A stretch of 64,000 bases of DNA, taken from positions 16,492,001-16,556,000 of the forward strand of contig NC_092671.1 in assembly GCF_964355755.1 (NCBI RefSeq). Direction: 5' to 3'. The notes under the pieces were generated by a model that searched no databases, was not told the origin of the DNA, and saw only the letters and a program-made list of their open reading frames with translations. Origin of the DNA: Antedon mediterranea (lineage: Eukaryota > Animalia > Echinodermata). The position numbers and the translations under genes were made by a program. Positions 24,101 to 39,100 of the stretch are shown here, in pieces. Positions within the stretch are counted from its first letter, which is position 1. Each line of letters opens with the position of its first letter.

Positions 24101-27100
24101 TTTTATGTGTTTTTTTTTAATTGCTAAAAAGCCAGAATTAGCTGGTCTTTTTGTAAAGAAGAGTGTGATTAAATAAATAAAAATAAATATAAATTAGAAA
24201 CTCTTTGTAAATAAACTGCAGCAGATAAAAAGTTAAAAATACATTTGAAAAAAAGTTAAAACCAAAGAAAGTTTTTAAAAGTTATAAAATATAATTCATT
24301 ATATACAATATAAAATTTATATACAATTTATAAAATATTTATTTTATGATCCAGATAGGCTAATTATATTGAAACACGACTTGTTATAACGTTTAGTACA
24401 ACTAAGACGTTGAACATGAAACAATAAACTGTCCTCTACCCAAGAGGGAAAAAATCACATGATTGGCCACACTAGAGAAGAAAAACTTGAATGGCCAGAT
24501 CTACAGCAGGAGAAAAAGAATTATTTTTTTGTCAGTCCAATTAAAAATTACTAGCAGGAGGATTAGTAGCTTAGTATTGTTTTTCAGTAGAGATAATTTA
24601 AGAAAATTGTAAATATAAATATTAAGCTTAGATTAAAGAAAAAGGGAACAATATAAAAAAATGTATACCTATCGCAAAGATAGAAATATAACATAATAAC
24701 ACCAAACTTCGTAAGAGCTAACAGCACGTTATATAACTCTTCATCATCATTTAAAACATTTGGTCGTCTTGGTTCCAATTCCGGAACATGTCCATTAGGT
24801 AAGTGACCATTAGCCACTTGACCAGCACCTTCTTCGCACATTGCAGGATTCGGCTGTACCGTTTTTTTCCTCCAAATGCGTATATACATAAACAGTGTGC
24901 CAAAAAAGCTGAAAAGACAGACATACAGTAAGAACAGTTTACTATATTGGTTGTTGATTCTGAAAATGTAATAAAGATTGTGTGGACAGATTATTACACA
25001 CAATTACAATTACTGAAAATATCCTTATATGCGCGTAAATGAGGTACTTTGGTAGTACATAATTGTTTTACTCTTTTTATCATAATCAACCATAAAACGT
25101 ACATTTAAGAAAAGGAATGACTTTCTAAAGTATTATATAAAACGTCAACAATTGTGTCTTTAAATATGAGTTCTTGCTGTAGCCAACATTAATTGTATAA
25201 AAAATCCTTACCAAAAGGTAAAAAAGGGAATCAATGATTTTTGTTGAAACGTAAGAGGAAACGGCAAGCCTTTGCAACAAGTGGCATCCGCTGGATCAAC
25301 ATCCTTGTTACAGATCCAATTCAACAGCAGATGGCAATTCTATTAATAAAAATGAATGTTTTACTATTTGAAAAATCTTAAATTACAACGTATGGTTTAC
25401 AATGTAAACACCAGATAAATTCACAGTACACAATCTCTATGCTTAATTATTTTGTACCAATTATATTGTAACAGAAAGTCTGTTTGTACAGTAATGGGTA
25501 CTTACAACTAGTAAAATGAAAATAAAATTGAATTCTATTAAATTTGCACAATGGGAAATTAAGATATAATTGTTTATGTAAATTAAGAAAAGTTATGATA
25601 CTGTATAATGCAATGCATGAATTACAAATACAAAACCTTCTCATTACAAATACAACACCTTCTAACAACCTAACAGGATGAGAATTACATTACAATATTA
25701 TTGGCTTATGAATTATTAGTTGAACAAAATAACTTACAATGTCAACAACAAGAGCAGGAAAGTGAAGTCCGTCCTTTGATGGTATTGGAGAAAAAAATGC
25801 TGTTTTCCTAACAGATTGCCAAAGTTGAATGTCTGATTCATGACTGAAAATTATTAAATATATATAAATTTAACTCTTTCGATTTTTATTACATAATTTT
25901 GCCAGTTTAGCATAGCAAAAATCTATAAAAAAAACTACCCTTCTGTTACACATTTATAAAATTGTGTAGCAAAAAAATACAAAACTATGTTTCTAGACTC
26001 AAAATTTAGTTTGATTTAGCTAAATTTTCAACAAAATATTAAAATGAAAATTTTTCCCGACATGTCCATATTATGGATTTCTATGCAAGTCTTACAATTT
26101 CATGTGGTACACACCAGCCATTTGTGGAGGTACAATTACACTTTCTTCCTATTTTGTTAATCAAATTTCAATGCTAAGAAAAACTTAATAAAAACAATAA
26201 TCGTATTGTAATAACAATAAAAGCTTAAAACTATATTTTAATTTGTGAATCTATGCTTAGAAGAGGAAGTTTAATTTTAAATTCCAGTCTTACGGCGTCA
26301 AAATGGTTTTTGGGAAATATTCCATAACAACTTAGCAAGGCATGCATATGCCATGGTTTAAGTAATTGTACTCAGTATTTGTTCAATTTGGGATATTCAT
26401 ATGAAGCTATGATTGCATATGCAATGTAGTGTAGATAATGAAGATTTATGGAATGGATTTGGATATAAATCAAAGATAAATTAGAAGACAAACCGATACT
26501 GACAATATGCAATATTACACAAAAAGTGAAAGTTATACTAACAATACGTCAAATGCTATATCATTGTACATATCAATTTGACTGTTTGTAATGGACTTTC
26601 TTTCTTCAGATAATAGCATGTACTGTACTGGACCTGAAACATGTAATACGTTTCATGTTATTATAGTTTCATTAAAAAATTATAGAATGCAAACTGCCTG
26701 AGCTGATCATGACTCAAACACAACAGAATATATTTAACAAAGTTTTGAAATTGCCAATAGGACCACTATATGACAGAAATGGAACCCAATGTCAATTAGC
26801 AATGGTGCTCTCCAACTAGGCTGTGTTCGGACGTAAAATTAGTTTAATACCCTTGAGAGCTAAACCAGTGATCGTTCAGACAATGACCAATTTACACATG
26901 TAAACTGAAAAATGTACCCAGCAAAGTCATATTCATGCATCTTTTTACACTAGTAAGGTCAAATTGCTCCTTATATTGTGATTAATGAGCTTGCGGTTTA
27001 AGGTGTAATTGAACAATCCACCTCATGAGTTAGGTTTTTGGGTCTGTTTCTGCTGAAAAAATAAAAATATGCGATTCGAAGTACCACAAAACACATTAAT

Positions 27101-30100
27101 GGTGTACTTGTAAAGCAGAATCCAGGAGTCTTTCGGTATAATTCTCCCCCACAAAATAATAACAATGAAATGTTATCTCATCGGTCTATATCGTTGTTTT
27201 GCTGAGCGCAAATATACAGCATGCTTTGTGAGTGAGAATTGCAATACTCTAGAGGTCAAACTGTGGTCAACAATCACTATTTGTGTTGCAGCTAAAAACT
27301 GCTCCGCAATAATTGGTTAAAACAACAAATAATAGGTTAAAACACGCAATGGATTATCGGTTATTTTTTAATCGGTTTTATTTCATTTTTCGCCATTTCT
27401 GCTGCCCAAAAATTATAGATTAAAAAAATAATTGGTTAATAACCGATTATTCCTGCTCAACAGAAACAGGCCCTTTGAAACAGCTGGTTTATCTCAAAAT
27501 TTACACCACACGCTACCATTTCAAATGCGCTCATACAGTAGTTGTTAAAAAATGAAAAGTATCAGTGAAAGAAACCCACAAACAACAAAATATTTAAAAA
27601 CAATTTTGACATTACCTTGTAACATCCACAACATGTTTACATCTGGCTGTTTAACTAATTTGTCCATTTCAGTAGAAACTTTTGTTAAATTTACTAAATA
27701 ATTAGATGGATAAAACAGTTTTTAATGTTTTAAACTTTGAACTGCATTATTTACTACAAATTAACTAGTGTTGTGATTTTGGTAGTGATGTTATTAATGC
27801 TGATTATAATAAAAAATAATACTACTGACAATACTGGTAATAATTTCATTTCATTTATTTGACCAAAAAAAACCCAATAAAAACAGGTCAGGAAAAACAA
27901 TGAGTCAGTAATTCCTTATACAAATACAAATATATAAATTTGGTAATTATGAAAAGCACTATTCACAATAAAATCCTATTATATATTATTTCTAATCAAT
28001 GTGGAGTGACTGTCTGTACTAGGAGATAAAGGTGTCTAGAGACGAAAGGACTGCGGAATCTTTGATAAATAATGTTCATTAAATAATGATGATGAATGGT
28101 GTTAAAAGATGATGATGAAGCGGATAGTAATGTTGTTGATGGTGATAATGTTCATGATGATTGTGATGATGATGATAGTGATGATGACAAAGATATTGTG
28201 ATGATGTTGATATTGATAACGACAATGATATTGTGATGATGATGATAGTGATGATGACAATGATATTGTGATGATGATGACAATGATATTGTGATGATGA
28301 TAACGATATTGTGATGGCAGTGATTATATTGTGATGATGATATTGATGATGTGATTGTATTGTGATGACAGTGATTATATTTTGATGATGACAATTTTAT
28401 TGTGATGATAGTGATTATATTGTGATGATGACAATGATATTGTGATGATGATAGTGATGGTGGCAATGATATTGTGATGAAAGTAATTATATTACGATGA
28501 TGATAGTGATGTTGGTAAATAATGTGAATGATATGGAAAGTAGTAAAAAGGATGATAACGATAATACCAGTGACAAATGGTGAAAAAAGATGAAGATGAA
28601 TTTACCCTTGTATTGTTGCAGTGCCTCAAAGTCTCCTTGGAATGTTTTGATAGTCCACGTAGCAGCACCATGAACAATCAAATTTGGCTTTGGTTTAGTA
28701 CCCTACAACAAAATAGTACATTCCAAAATAGGTTTAATTTAGTGCTTTGTTTCCTGGTATTTGGCACTGGGGAAACTACTGTAAAACCTTGAAAAGGTTT
28801 GCAAAAGTAATCTGGAAAAGAAGCCAATCTTAAAAGAAGCCCATCTTAAAAGAAGCCCATCTTAAAAGAAGCCCATCTTAAAAGAAGCCCATCTTAAAAG
28901 AAGCCAATCTTAAAAGAAGCCAATCTTAAAAGAAGCCCATCTTAAAAGAAGCCAATCTTAAAAGAAGCCAATCTTAAAAGAAGCCAATCTTAAAAGAAGC
29001 CAATCTTAAAAGAAGCCAATCTTAAAAGAAGCCAATCTTAAAAGAAGCCAATCTTAAAAGAAGCCAATCTTAAAAGAAGCCAATCTTAAAAGAAGCCCAT
29101 CTTAAAAGAAGCCAATCTTAAAAGAAGCCAATCTTAAAAGAAGCCAATCTTAAAAGAAGCCAATCTTAAAAGAAGCCAATCTTAAAAGAAGCCAATCTTA
29201 AAAGAAGCCAATCTTAAAAGAAGCCAATCTTAAAAGAAGCCAATCTTAAAGGAAGCCAATCTTAAAGGAAGCCAATCTTAAAGGAAGCCAATCTTAAAGG
29301 AAGCCAATCTTAAAAGAAGCCAATCTTAAAAGAAGCCAATCTTAAAAGAAGCCAATCTTAAAAGAAGCCCATCTTAAAAGAAGCCAATCTTAAAAGAAGC
29401 CCATCTTAAAAGAAGCCCATCTTAAAAGAAGCCCATCTTAAAAGAAGCCAATCTTAAAAGAAGCCAATCTTAAAAGAAGCCAATCTTAAAAGAAGCCAAT
29501 CTTAAAAGAAGCCCATCTTAAAAGAAGCCCATCTTAAAAGAAGCCCATCTTAAAAGAAGCCCATCTTAAAAGAAGCCCATCTTAAAAGAAGCCAATCTTA
29601 AAAGAAGCCAATCTTAAAAGAAGCCAATCTTAAAAGAAGCCAATCTTAAAAGAAGCCAATCTTAAAAGAAGCCAATCTTAAAAGAAGCCAATCTTAAAAG
29701 AAGCCAATCTTAAAAGAAGCCAATCTTAAAAGAAGCCAATCTTAAAAGAAGCCAATCTTAAAAGAAGCCAATCTTAAAAGAAGCCAATCTTAAAAGAAGC
29801 CCATCTTAAAAGAAGCCCATCTTAAAAGAAGCCCATCTTAAAAGAAGCCAATCTTAAAAGAAGCCAATCTTAAAAGAAGCCAATCTTAAAAGAAGCCAAT
29901 CTTAAAAGAAGCCAATCTTAAAAGAAGCCAATCTTAAAAGAAGCCAATCTTAAAAGAAGCCAATCTTAAAAGAAGCCCATCTTAAAAGAAGCCCATCTTA
30001 AAAGAAGCCCATCTTAAAAGAAGCCCATCTTAAAAGAAGCCAATCTTAAAAGAAGCCAATCTTAAAAGAAGCCAATCTTAAAAGAAGCCAATCTTAAAAG

Positions 30101-33100
30101 AAGCCCATCTTAAAAGAAGCCCATCTTAAAAGAAGCCCATCTTAAAAGAAGCCCATCTTAAAAGAAGCCCATCTTAAAAGAAGCCAATCTTAAAAGAAGC
30201 CAATCTTAAAAGAAGCCAATCTTAAAAGAAGCCAATCTTAAAAGAAGCCAATCTTAAAAGAAGCCAATCTTAAAAGAAGCCAATCTTAAAAGAAGCCAAT
30301 CTTAAAAGAAGCCAATCTTAAAAGAAGCCAATCTTAAAAGAAGCCAATCTTAAAAGAAGCCAATCTTAAAAGAAGCCAATCTTAAAAGAAGCCAATCTTA
30401 AAAGAAGCCAATCTTAAAAGAAGCCAATCTTAAAAGAAGCCAATCTTAAAAGAAGCCAATCTTAAAAGAAGCCAATCTTAAAAGAAGCCAATCTTAAAAG
30501 AAGCCAATCTTAAAAGAAGCCAATCTTAAAAGAAGCCAATCTTAAAAGAAGCCAATCTTAAAAGAAGCCAATCTTAAAAGAAGCCAATCTTAAAAGAAGC
30601 CAATCTTAAAAGAAGCCAATCTTAAAAGAAGCCCATCTTAAAAGAAGCCCATCTTAAAAGAAGCCCATCTTAAAAGAAGCCCATCTTAAAAGAAGCCAAT
30701 CTTAAAAGAAGCCAATCTTAAAAGAAGCCAATCTTAAAAGAAGCCAATCTTAAAAGAAGCCAATCTTAAAAGAAGCCAATCTTAAAAGAAGCCAATCTTA
30801 AAAGAAGCCAATCTTAAAAGAAGCCAATCTTAAAAGAAGCCAATCTTAAAAGAAGCCCATCTTAAAAGAAGCCCATCTTAAAAGAAGCCCATCTTAAAAG
30901 AAGCCAATCTTAAAAGAAGCCAATCTTAAAAGAAGCCAATCTTAAAAGAAGCCCATCTTAAAAGAAGCCCATCTTAAAAGAAGCCAATCTTAAAAGAAGC
31001 CCATCTTAAAAGAAGCCCATCTTAAAAGAAGCCAATCTTAAAAGAAGCCAATCTTAAAAGAAGCCCATCTTAAAAGAAGCCCATCTTAAAAGAAGCCCAT
31101 CTTAAAAGAAGCCCATCTTAAAAGAAGCCCATCTTAAAAGAAGCCCATCTTAAAAGAATCCCATCTTAAAAGAAGCCAATCTTAAAAGAAGCCCATCTTA
31201 AAAGAAGCCAATCTTAAAAGAAGCCAATCTTAAAAGAAGCCAATCTTAAAAGAAGCCCATCTTAAAAGAAGCCAATCTTAAAAGAAGCCAATCTTAAAAG
31301 AAGCCCATCTTAAAAGAAGCCAATCTTAAAAGAAGCCCATCTTAAAAGAAGCCAATCTTAAAAGAAGCCAATCTTAAAAGAAGCCCATCTTAAAAGAAGC
31401 CCATGGGCTTCTTTTCGAGGTTTTACTGTATTTTAATAGTATACGGCCTTATATCATAGAAGATTTGCAGACAAAAAATGTCATTTTTTTCAGTGAGAAT
31501 AGTATACACATTGAAATGATTAATTTAAATTTTGTTTATTTCAGAAGCATTATATCTAAATTCAACCATATTTCTATCACTATACAGAAATAGTATACAG
31601 AGCTAATAAATGCATATACTTCGAAATATTACACAACTAGAGTCAGCTGAAAAAGCGATCACACATTGAATGTATAATTCTTGTATGATATCTCTATGGG
31701 TAAATAATAATTGAAGGTTCATAACTTACTTTAATCCAGGATTTATATAATTCAACAGTAGAATCATTTACATTAGGTTGCCAAAAGAACTCCTGTGAAT
31801 AAAAAAAGAAATATCATTTATATTCGTTTATCAAAAGGAAGACTTGACAAGGAAGACTTGACAAGAAAACTGTGACACATCAAAGACAAATTTTAAGGCT
31901 GACCACGAGATATTTATTTGGTAGCTGACAAAACTATATACAAAATCAAACATGTTTTGGTAGACCTTGTAACGCCAAATGAAGTGACATTGCCAAATGA
32001 GGTTCGCGTGGCCTGTATCGCACAAGGCTAGGTCACTTAATTTGGCAGCACGTTTCTGGCGAGCTAATCGTGTTATAAATATTGATATTACTTATTTTCA
32101 AATAAACACAAACTGAAAATTATTAACCGGAGTATTTCTAACCTAATAACCTTTACTCATTGTATGAAATTAAACCATTATAACTGAAACATACGACGAA
32201 AATTTACTATTTTAGTGTAAAAAACGAAAGGCACTGTTCATCGAAAAATCTAGAAAACTCGAAATGCATGATGGGAAGCCTACCGACCCCTTTCTAAGCA
32301 GCTGGAAAAGGAGACTACTCGTTTTAGCGTGTCTGAAGTCACGTCTGCATGTTATGCGGACATGGTCTGGGACAATTTGCCTTTGGGCGCTAAAGCGTTT
32401 AGTGTTTGAGTTATGGGATTATTTTCTAGTAATAATTTGATTTGACGTTCCTTTCGTCGGTACATGATTCCCGTTATTATTTTGTTCGGTTTTATGAATT
32501 TCTATGTTTATGTTTTCAAATTAAAATGATTATTCGTTGAATATGAATGTATCCTGTTATTCTACTGATTATTATATATATTTTTTTGTTTAACATTGCT
32601 TACTATTTAATCAATTCCGTTTTTTTAAATGTATATGACCAATGTTATTTAGGCCTAAGTTTTTTATTTATAAGTTCTTTAAAAATATTAGTTACATGAT
32701 CACATTTTTGTCACTTATTATACCTACAGTATAACACTATATTTCCTTTGATGTCTGAAACATTAAAACATAAATTCGCAATACTATGGCGAACCTAAGT
32801 CGCAAATTGTTAGTTGGATATTCGTTATAATTTCATCATCTCATTTGTTACACATGTATGTGTGACCTATAATAAATAAATAAGGGATGGTAGGCCTAAA
32901 GGTAGTCGAGGGGAAATTCATCAAATTGTTTCATCAAAACAATAACTCATAAGGTCGGAAACATTTAGATAATGGAACCAAATTTTGCAATAAAGTCTTT
33001 ATTGCAAAATTTGGTTCCATTATCTAAATGTTAAAAGATGAGATATTGCCTTGTTCTCTTTTGTTATCAATCTTTTCATGTCACGTACCGTAATAGAATG

Positions 33101-36100
33101 TAACAGTTGAACATGCATATCACAATAAATAAATAATGGTACCTAATTAGTTCAGCATTTTCATCAAGTTTTAACAATATTTGATGTCGGAAAGTAACAT
33201 TCCCAATAATATAGAGACTAATTTTGCAATATGTTAGATATTTTATTCAGCTGGTGCCGGAAACATTTGAACATAAATTCGCAATAATGGATCATAATTG
33301 TGCAATGAAGTTGTCATCTCATTTGTTCATATCGATGTGAGAAACAGTTTGGATGGGAATGTGGTGAGCGAAATTCTAAGCAAGCCAAATACATGATACA
33401 GTTATTTTAAGGTTGGGAACAAACGTGAATTCGCAAATAATTGAACGTAATTTTGCAATAAAGTCGTCATCTCGTTGGTTCATATTACGATGTGGGAAAC
33501 AAGTTTGGATGGGAATGGGGTGGTGAACAAAATTCTAAGTAAGTATTACTTCGAAGTCGGAAACAACCTTAAATTCGCAATAATGCAATGGAACCTAAAT
33601 TTGCAATGAAGTCGGTCACCTTGTTTGTTCATACGATGTTGAAAGCATGTTCGGAGGGGTGGATGAAATTCTAGGAAGCTAAATACAGTTACCGTAGTTA
33701 TAACACTAATTATTTTGAGGTCGGGAATATTAGAATTTATACTTAAATGGAACCTAATTTTGCAATGGAGATTGCATGCGTTATTTTCATCTCGATTGTT
33801 CGTTCCATCAATTCATACGTCGTACATAATATATAACATGCATGCACTTTTATACTTTGTGGGGTGATGAGAATGGGATGCTACTGTAAGTTAATATTTT
33901 TTATTTATTGACATACAGTAATTTAATTAGCTATATTGATGGAATAGTAGATTAGGCCTATATTTACACATTTGCAGCCTTCACTATTTATAGAATAAAT
34001 CAGCATTAAATAAGCCAGTGGGTAAATCTTTATGGAATTCATTTAAAAGCAATATGCTATATAACATTGAATGTGAAAGATATAACAATAAAGAAACAAG
34101 TATAGAAAAATGGGTAGCTTTAAGAAATACTATTATGTTAATATAAATTCTAATTTGCTCGATTATCAGAAAAGAATTCACTGTGATACGAGTTACAGGT
34201 GGTGCTGATCTGATTTAATTCGTTTTATCTTGTATATAAATACATTGTATACATAATCCGGGTTGTAAAATTAAAACAAACAATTGAAAATCTCACAAAT
34301 TCTTTATGTGTAAAATATTTTACAACGAAGAACATTAATGAAAATAGGAGGCAATACGGAATTCATAAATGTAAAAATGTTACTGATGAATTGTAACGAC
34401 ATTGGGAATTAACAAATGTGTTAAATAATATGATTTTATGTAGTGACATGAGATAATATATGAATGTGGATAAAAGTGGTGTTTACGCCACAAAAGAGAA
34501 AAAAAAAGCTATCGATGGAATGGTGGGTACGAAATCCATGATAATATAGTTACTTATCTAAAATAAATTCGACGGGAACCTGATTTTACAAGAGGACCTC
34601 TTATATGAGTTTGTGAGGACTCCGTTTATAGAGGACATCTTAATATCTGTTCTAAAGACTCCTTATATCAGTTCTAGAATTAACCTTAATTCAATTCAAA
34701 TTGATCAGTTCTTTTCTAATGAAGAATCTGGGAAATTTACAATCAAGCAACAACACCACATAATTCTACGTGAATTCTGCTGTACGTGAGCTAGCCTTAA
34801 TAATACCGCCTGATTACGGTATATAGGCCTACAGTATTAGCTTCAGAATAAATGACAACGCATTCTACAGATATTAAAACAGAATGAAAATATTAAATTG
34901 GCTTCGTTGAAATGTTGTACCTTGATAGACAGACCCTCAAGCAGACAGCCCACATTACTGTACAGACAATCTGCACTGCAGCACAATCTATTGGTTTTAA
35001 CTGTACACGCGGTGATTCAACTAAAAGCAGTAAAAACATTTTGGCACACAAGGCGTATCATATAATTTGCGGACCATGACCGAAGCACTTCCGCTTCGAT
35101 CTATTCGACGAAAATCAAAAAAGGATAACTATTTGCTGCTTTATATTTAATTTAATGTAATAGCTTGATCTAATAACAGGCGTAACAACACAGAATACAT
35201 ATTGTAGTTTAATACTGGCTTAAATATGTTTGTTTTATATAAACTGTATTTTACAAAATTACAATAGAACTTCATTTTGCAATAGTACCTAATTTGGCGC
35301 CTTAGACGCCAAATTAAGTGCGGTACCTCATTTGGCAGTGGTACCTCATTTGGCGTGACAGACCTTCTTCAGTGACGAATTTAAATTACAGAAAAAATTA
35401 CAAAAAATGTTAACATAATTACGAAAGAATGGAATCTGTTTTCAGAGTGTAAATTTAAGATAAAGATTTAAAGAAAGATTGATATATCCTCTTGATACAT
35501 TTAGTAATAATGATGACTTCAAAATGACATAGCTGCAGTGTCTATTGTTTCATAATGGAAGTTTATGAGTACAGCATATTTTATTTAGATGGGTACATTG
35601 TATTGTAGTATTAGTAATAAATAGTACAGTATTGTTATAAATACTTACAATAAATGTATTAGTAGATGCATCTGTGTGTGAAAGATCTGAATGCTGAAAA
35701 TAGAAATACATTGTTTTAATACCCCTTTTACAAGCCAATATAAAAAACACTGTTGTTTGGCATTTCTATGGTGTATGCCCCAGGTTGTGTTGTGGAAGAC
35801 ATTCTTAAAAGATTTAATTTAAAGGTCAGGTACGGGTAAAAAATTTCTATTGATTATACATTCCAAGAATTATCGATCTATAATTTCCTCTATGTTTCAT
35901 ATTTTTATTTTCATTGAAGGGATAGTTCAAATTACAAATTAATATCCTTATTCTTATAAAAAAATAAACTGTGTGGTAAAAAAAAATTTCAGATGACTAA
36001 ATATAGGTAATATACTGTACCTTGAATTTTACGTTTCTGGTGTTCAGATTTTTATTTTTCGTGCTATATACAATAATTATCCACCATATACCCACCAACT

Positions 36101-39100
36101 TTTTTTGCACTTTTTAAGGAATCACCAGATATGGTATTATATTGGTTAAACTACTTAACTACTGGAAAAAGTATGCTGAATATTTGGCAAATTTTGTCTT
36201 GGGCAAGTTTAAAGGTTTCGTCGTGATTTCTATTACACATATTTGATTTATGTACATTTAACCAGATATTATATCTACCATTCATACCTGTACCTGAGCT
36301 TTAACATTTTAACTACAAATGTCATACATCATAGTTCACATATCTTTCTATTGCTATTGTTTCAACTTTTCACATACTCCAAAATTGGAATAACTTACAA
36401 TAACAACATCGTCCACTGCATGACCAGTTAACTGGGTCACTAGTGAGTAGTACAATTGTCTCATCCTGGAATCACCAACGATGGCTACACGTTGATTCTG
36501 AAAACATTGTCCAATTTCTCTATAAAAAAAAATATTTCAAAACGTCTGTCACATGGATAACATAAACTGATAATTTGTTGTTATACTTGTACAGTAATTC
36601 TAGCCAAGAATCACTCAATAAGGCATACTGTATTTGTGCAGCTGAACAAACGTCCAGTTTGCCACTATAATTGACCAGCATAAAGGACAAGACCAAATTT
36701 TATAAACTTGACCGATATGAATGAACACTTAATACCCTGGTTTGTATTTGTGCATCATACATCCTTTAGGTTGCCATTGGTCAGCTGTTAAATAGTAGCC
36801 ACTCGTCAAAAGTACATCACATGTGTCATGTCCTAGAAAAATAAAAAATATTGCAATACAGTTAATATTTGAAAGGACATAATTGTTATGTTGGGTATAG
36901 CATGTAAACAATATATATTATCACACACACACTTTGACCTGCACCGACATTTTGTTTCATTTTTATATTCCACTCAAAATCTAATATAGCACTGAAGTGA
37001 AACTTTTTGGAAAATTAAAAATGTATATTCCAGGAATTATTAACTTTACATAAATATTGAAAAGACACCGTGATATATGCTCTGTACAGTTTATATTTAT
37101 AAACAATTAAATACATGCTCTGCACAGTTTATATTTAAAACAATTGAATACATCTGTCGAGCATTTCCTTATATTGGGGTTAGGAAAATGATCAATATCA
37201 CAGAAATGACTGAATGGCCTTTTTAAGCTATGAATATAATATTAATGGTAATATATTTTTTAATACTCAACAAACAATGTCATCTTAATGTGCTATGGAC
37301 TTAAATGTTAAACTTTTCAACCATTGAGGAAGGTTGGCCATTGTTGGGAGAAAAATATCTTAGAAATAAAACAATACCCTACTGAGTGTGCCCATCAAGG
37401 ATTTCCATCTTTAAAACTTAAGTGACTAAAACTTTATGTCTAATGTCAGAGCTTTAGGTGGTTTTTTGCCTAGTGCCAACACTGTTTTCAACTACATGTT
37501 TCTCCCTGAAGGGTCACATTATGTCGGTGCTGCCAAATAGTGAACAGACTATAGTGAACTAGTACACCGGTGTAAACCCCCTACTCATGCACATCATATG
37601 AGCCATGAGCCGCTCGGCCACTAATTCAGTTACTGTACGATAATTGCTATTGAGAACAAGAATAATAAATGATGAAATTTAATCTATAGAAAGTATTTAA
37701 CAATGGAACTTATGTTACACAACACAACACAATTGGAACTGATTTATACTAGTTATTTTTAATATTCTGAATCTATGTGATGTCATGGTTGACTGCTGTG
37801 TATTATAAAGATCAGATATTAGGCTAGACACCAACTAGACAAGTGTTCTTCTGAAGCCGGTTTTGCCAGCAAGATTTAACAAAAATGGTTAATATTAAAA
37901 GAAAACAGAACATACAGTATACACATTTCAGTGTCTAATAGTAAATGAGATATTAAAGACATTAAACAATAGCAAATGTTATGTTACCTTAAAAAAAGGC
38001 TCTATACAATTCTATAGAACATTTTATAGAGCTCTAGGGTACTCTTATAGAAGTACAACATTTCTATAGAAACATATTTTAATTTCTATAGAATGTTTTA
38101 TAATCTATCATTTTATAAAATTTCTATAGAATTTATTTATAAATTTAAATGTGATCTATTTGACTATTTCAAAACATGAAATAACTAATACTAACATGTT
38201 GTTAATATCTTGTGATTGGTAAAACCATGATTCAACTAATCAGAGCCTATAGAATTTGTTGTTGCAGGAGCAACACAGATTGGATAAAACTGTTGATATA
38301 TTGACTACTTTTGTTTAGTTTTCTCATGCAATTGAACATTGTGAATGGGTTCTTATCACATGTACAACTGAACAGAGTATTACTACATTCAAAGATCTGC
38401 TGAAAGGAAGTCTTCCAACAAGCCTTATTTTAACACATTTATTTTTTCCTCACTCACCCCCATACAGTACTTAAAGTAGGGACCACACATGACAAAGATA
38501 CAACATTGTTTCAAGGATACTTTAAGGTATAGTAGTAGGCCTAGCTAAACCCACATTATGCACTTGTCAATTGCATGACCCACTATATGACCCCCGGGAG
38601 AGGTGCGTCTTGGGTGCATCATTTACAAATAATTATTGATCAAAATGTATGTCACAGCAATGAACAATGTATGCCCATGTCTGTCACTTTACCACCCACC
38701 ATATCATAAACAACATTGTCACAGTACGTCAAAATAGGTGAGTCATGGTCACTTTTAAGTCATATTTTTGACACACGTGTGCGTCATGGTATTCATAAGG
38801 AAAGACAAATGGCGCACCTCTCCCGGGGGTCATATACAGTAGTGGGTCATACAATTGACAAGTGCATTACTGTCTGAATTCTGTTTTTTTAGAAGAATAT
38901 TTCTGTATTTAATACATAATTACATCCGATTAGTTGGTAGAATGCACTTTGCACCTCCGAAAAAATCGAAATGCTGATTGCGCAAGGTATTTTGTGATGA
39001 GTTTAAAATATATAATAAAATATGTTAGACACGTCAAATTCATTAAAACGCATCAAATTCGTAAACCTCCCTAAATTGTTATACAGTAGGCCTAGTTAGA

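Noticed and set aside
28152-28466. His/Ser/Ile-rich 104-aa ORF
   Set aside because: Product of (GAT)n low-complexity intronic sequence.
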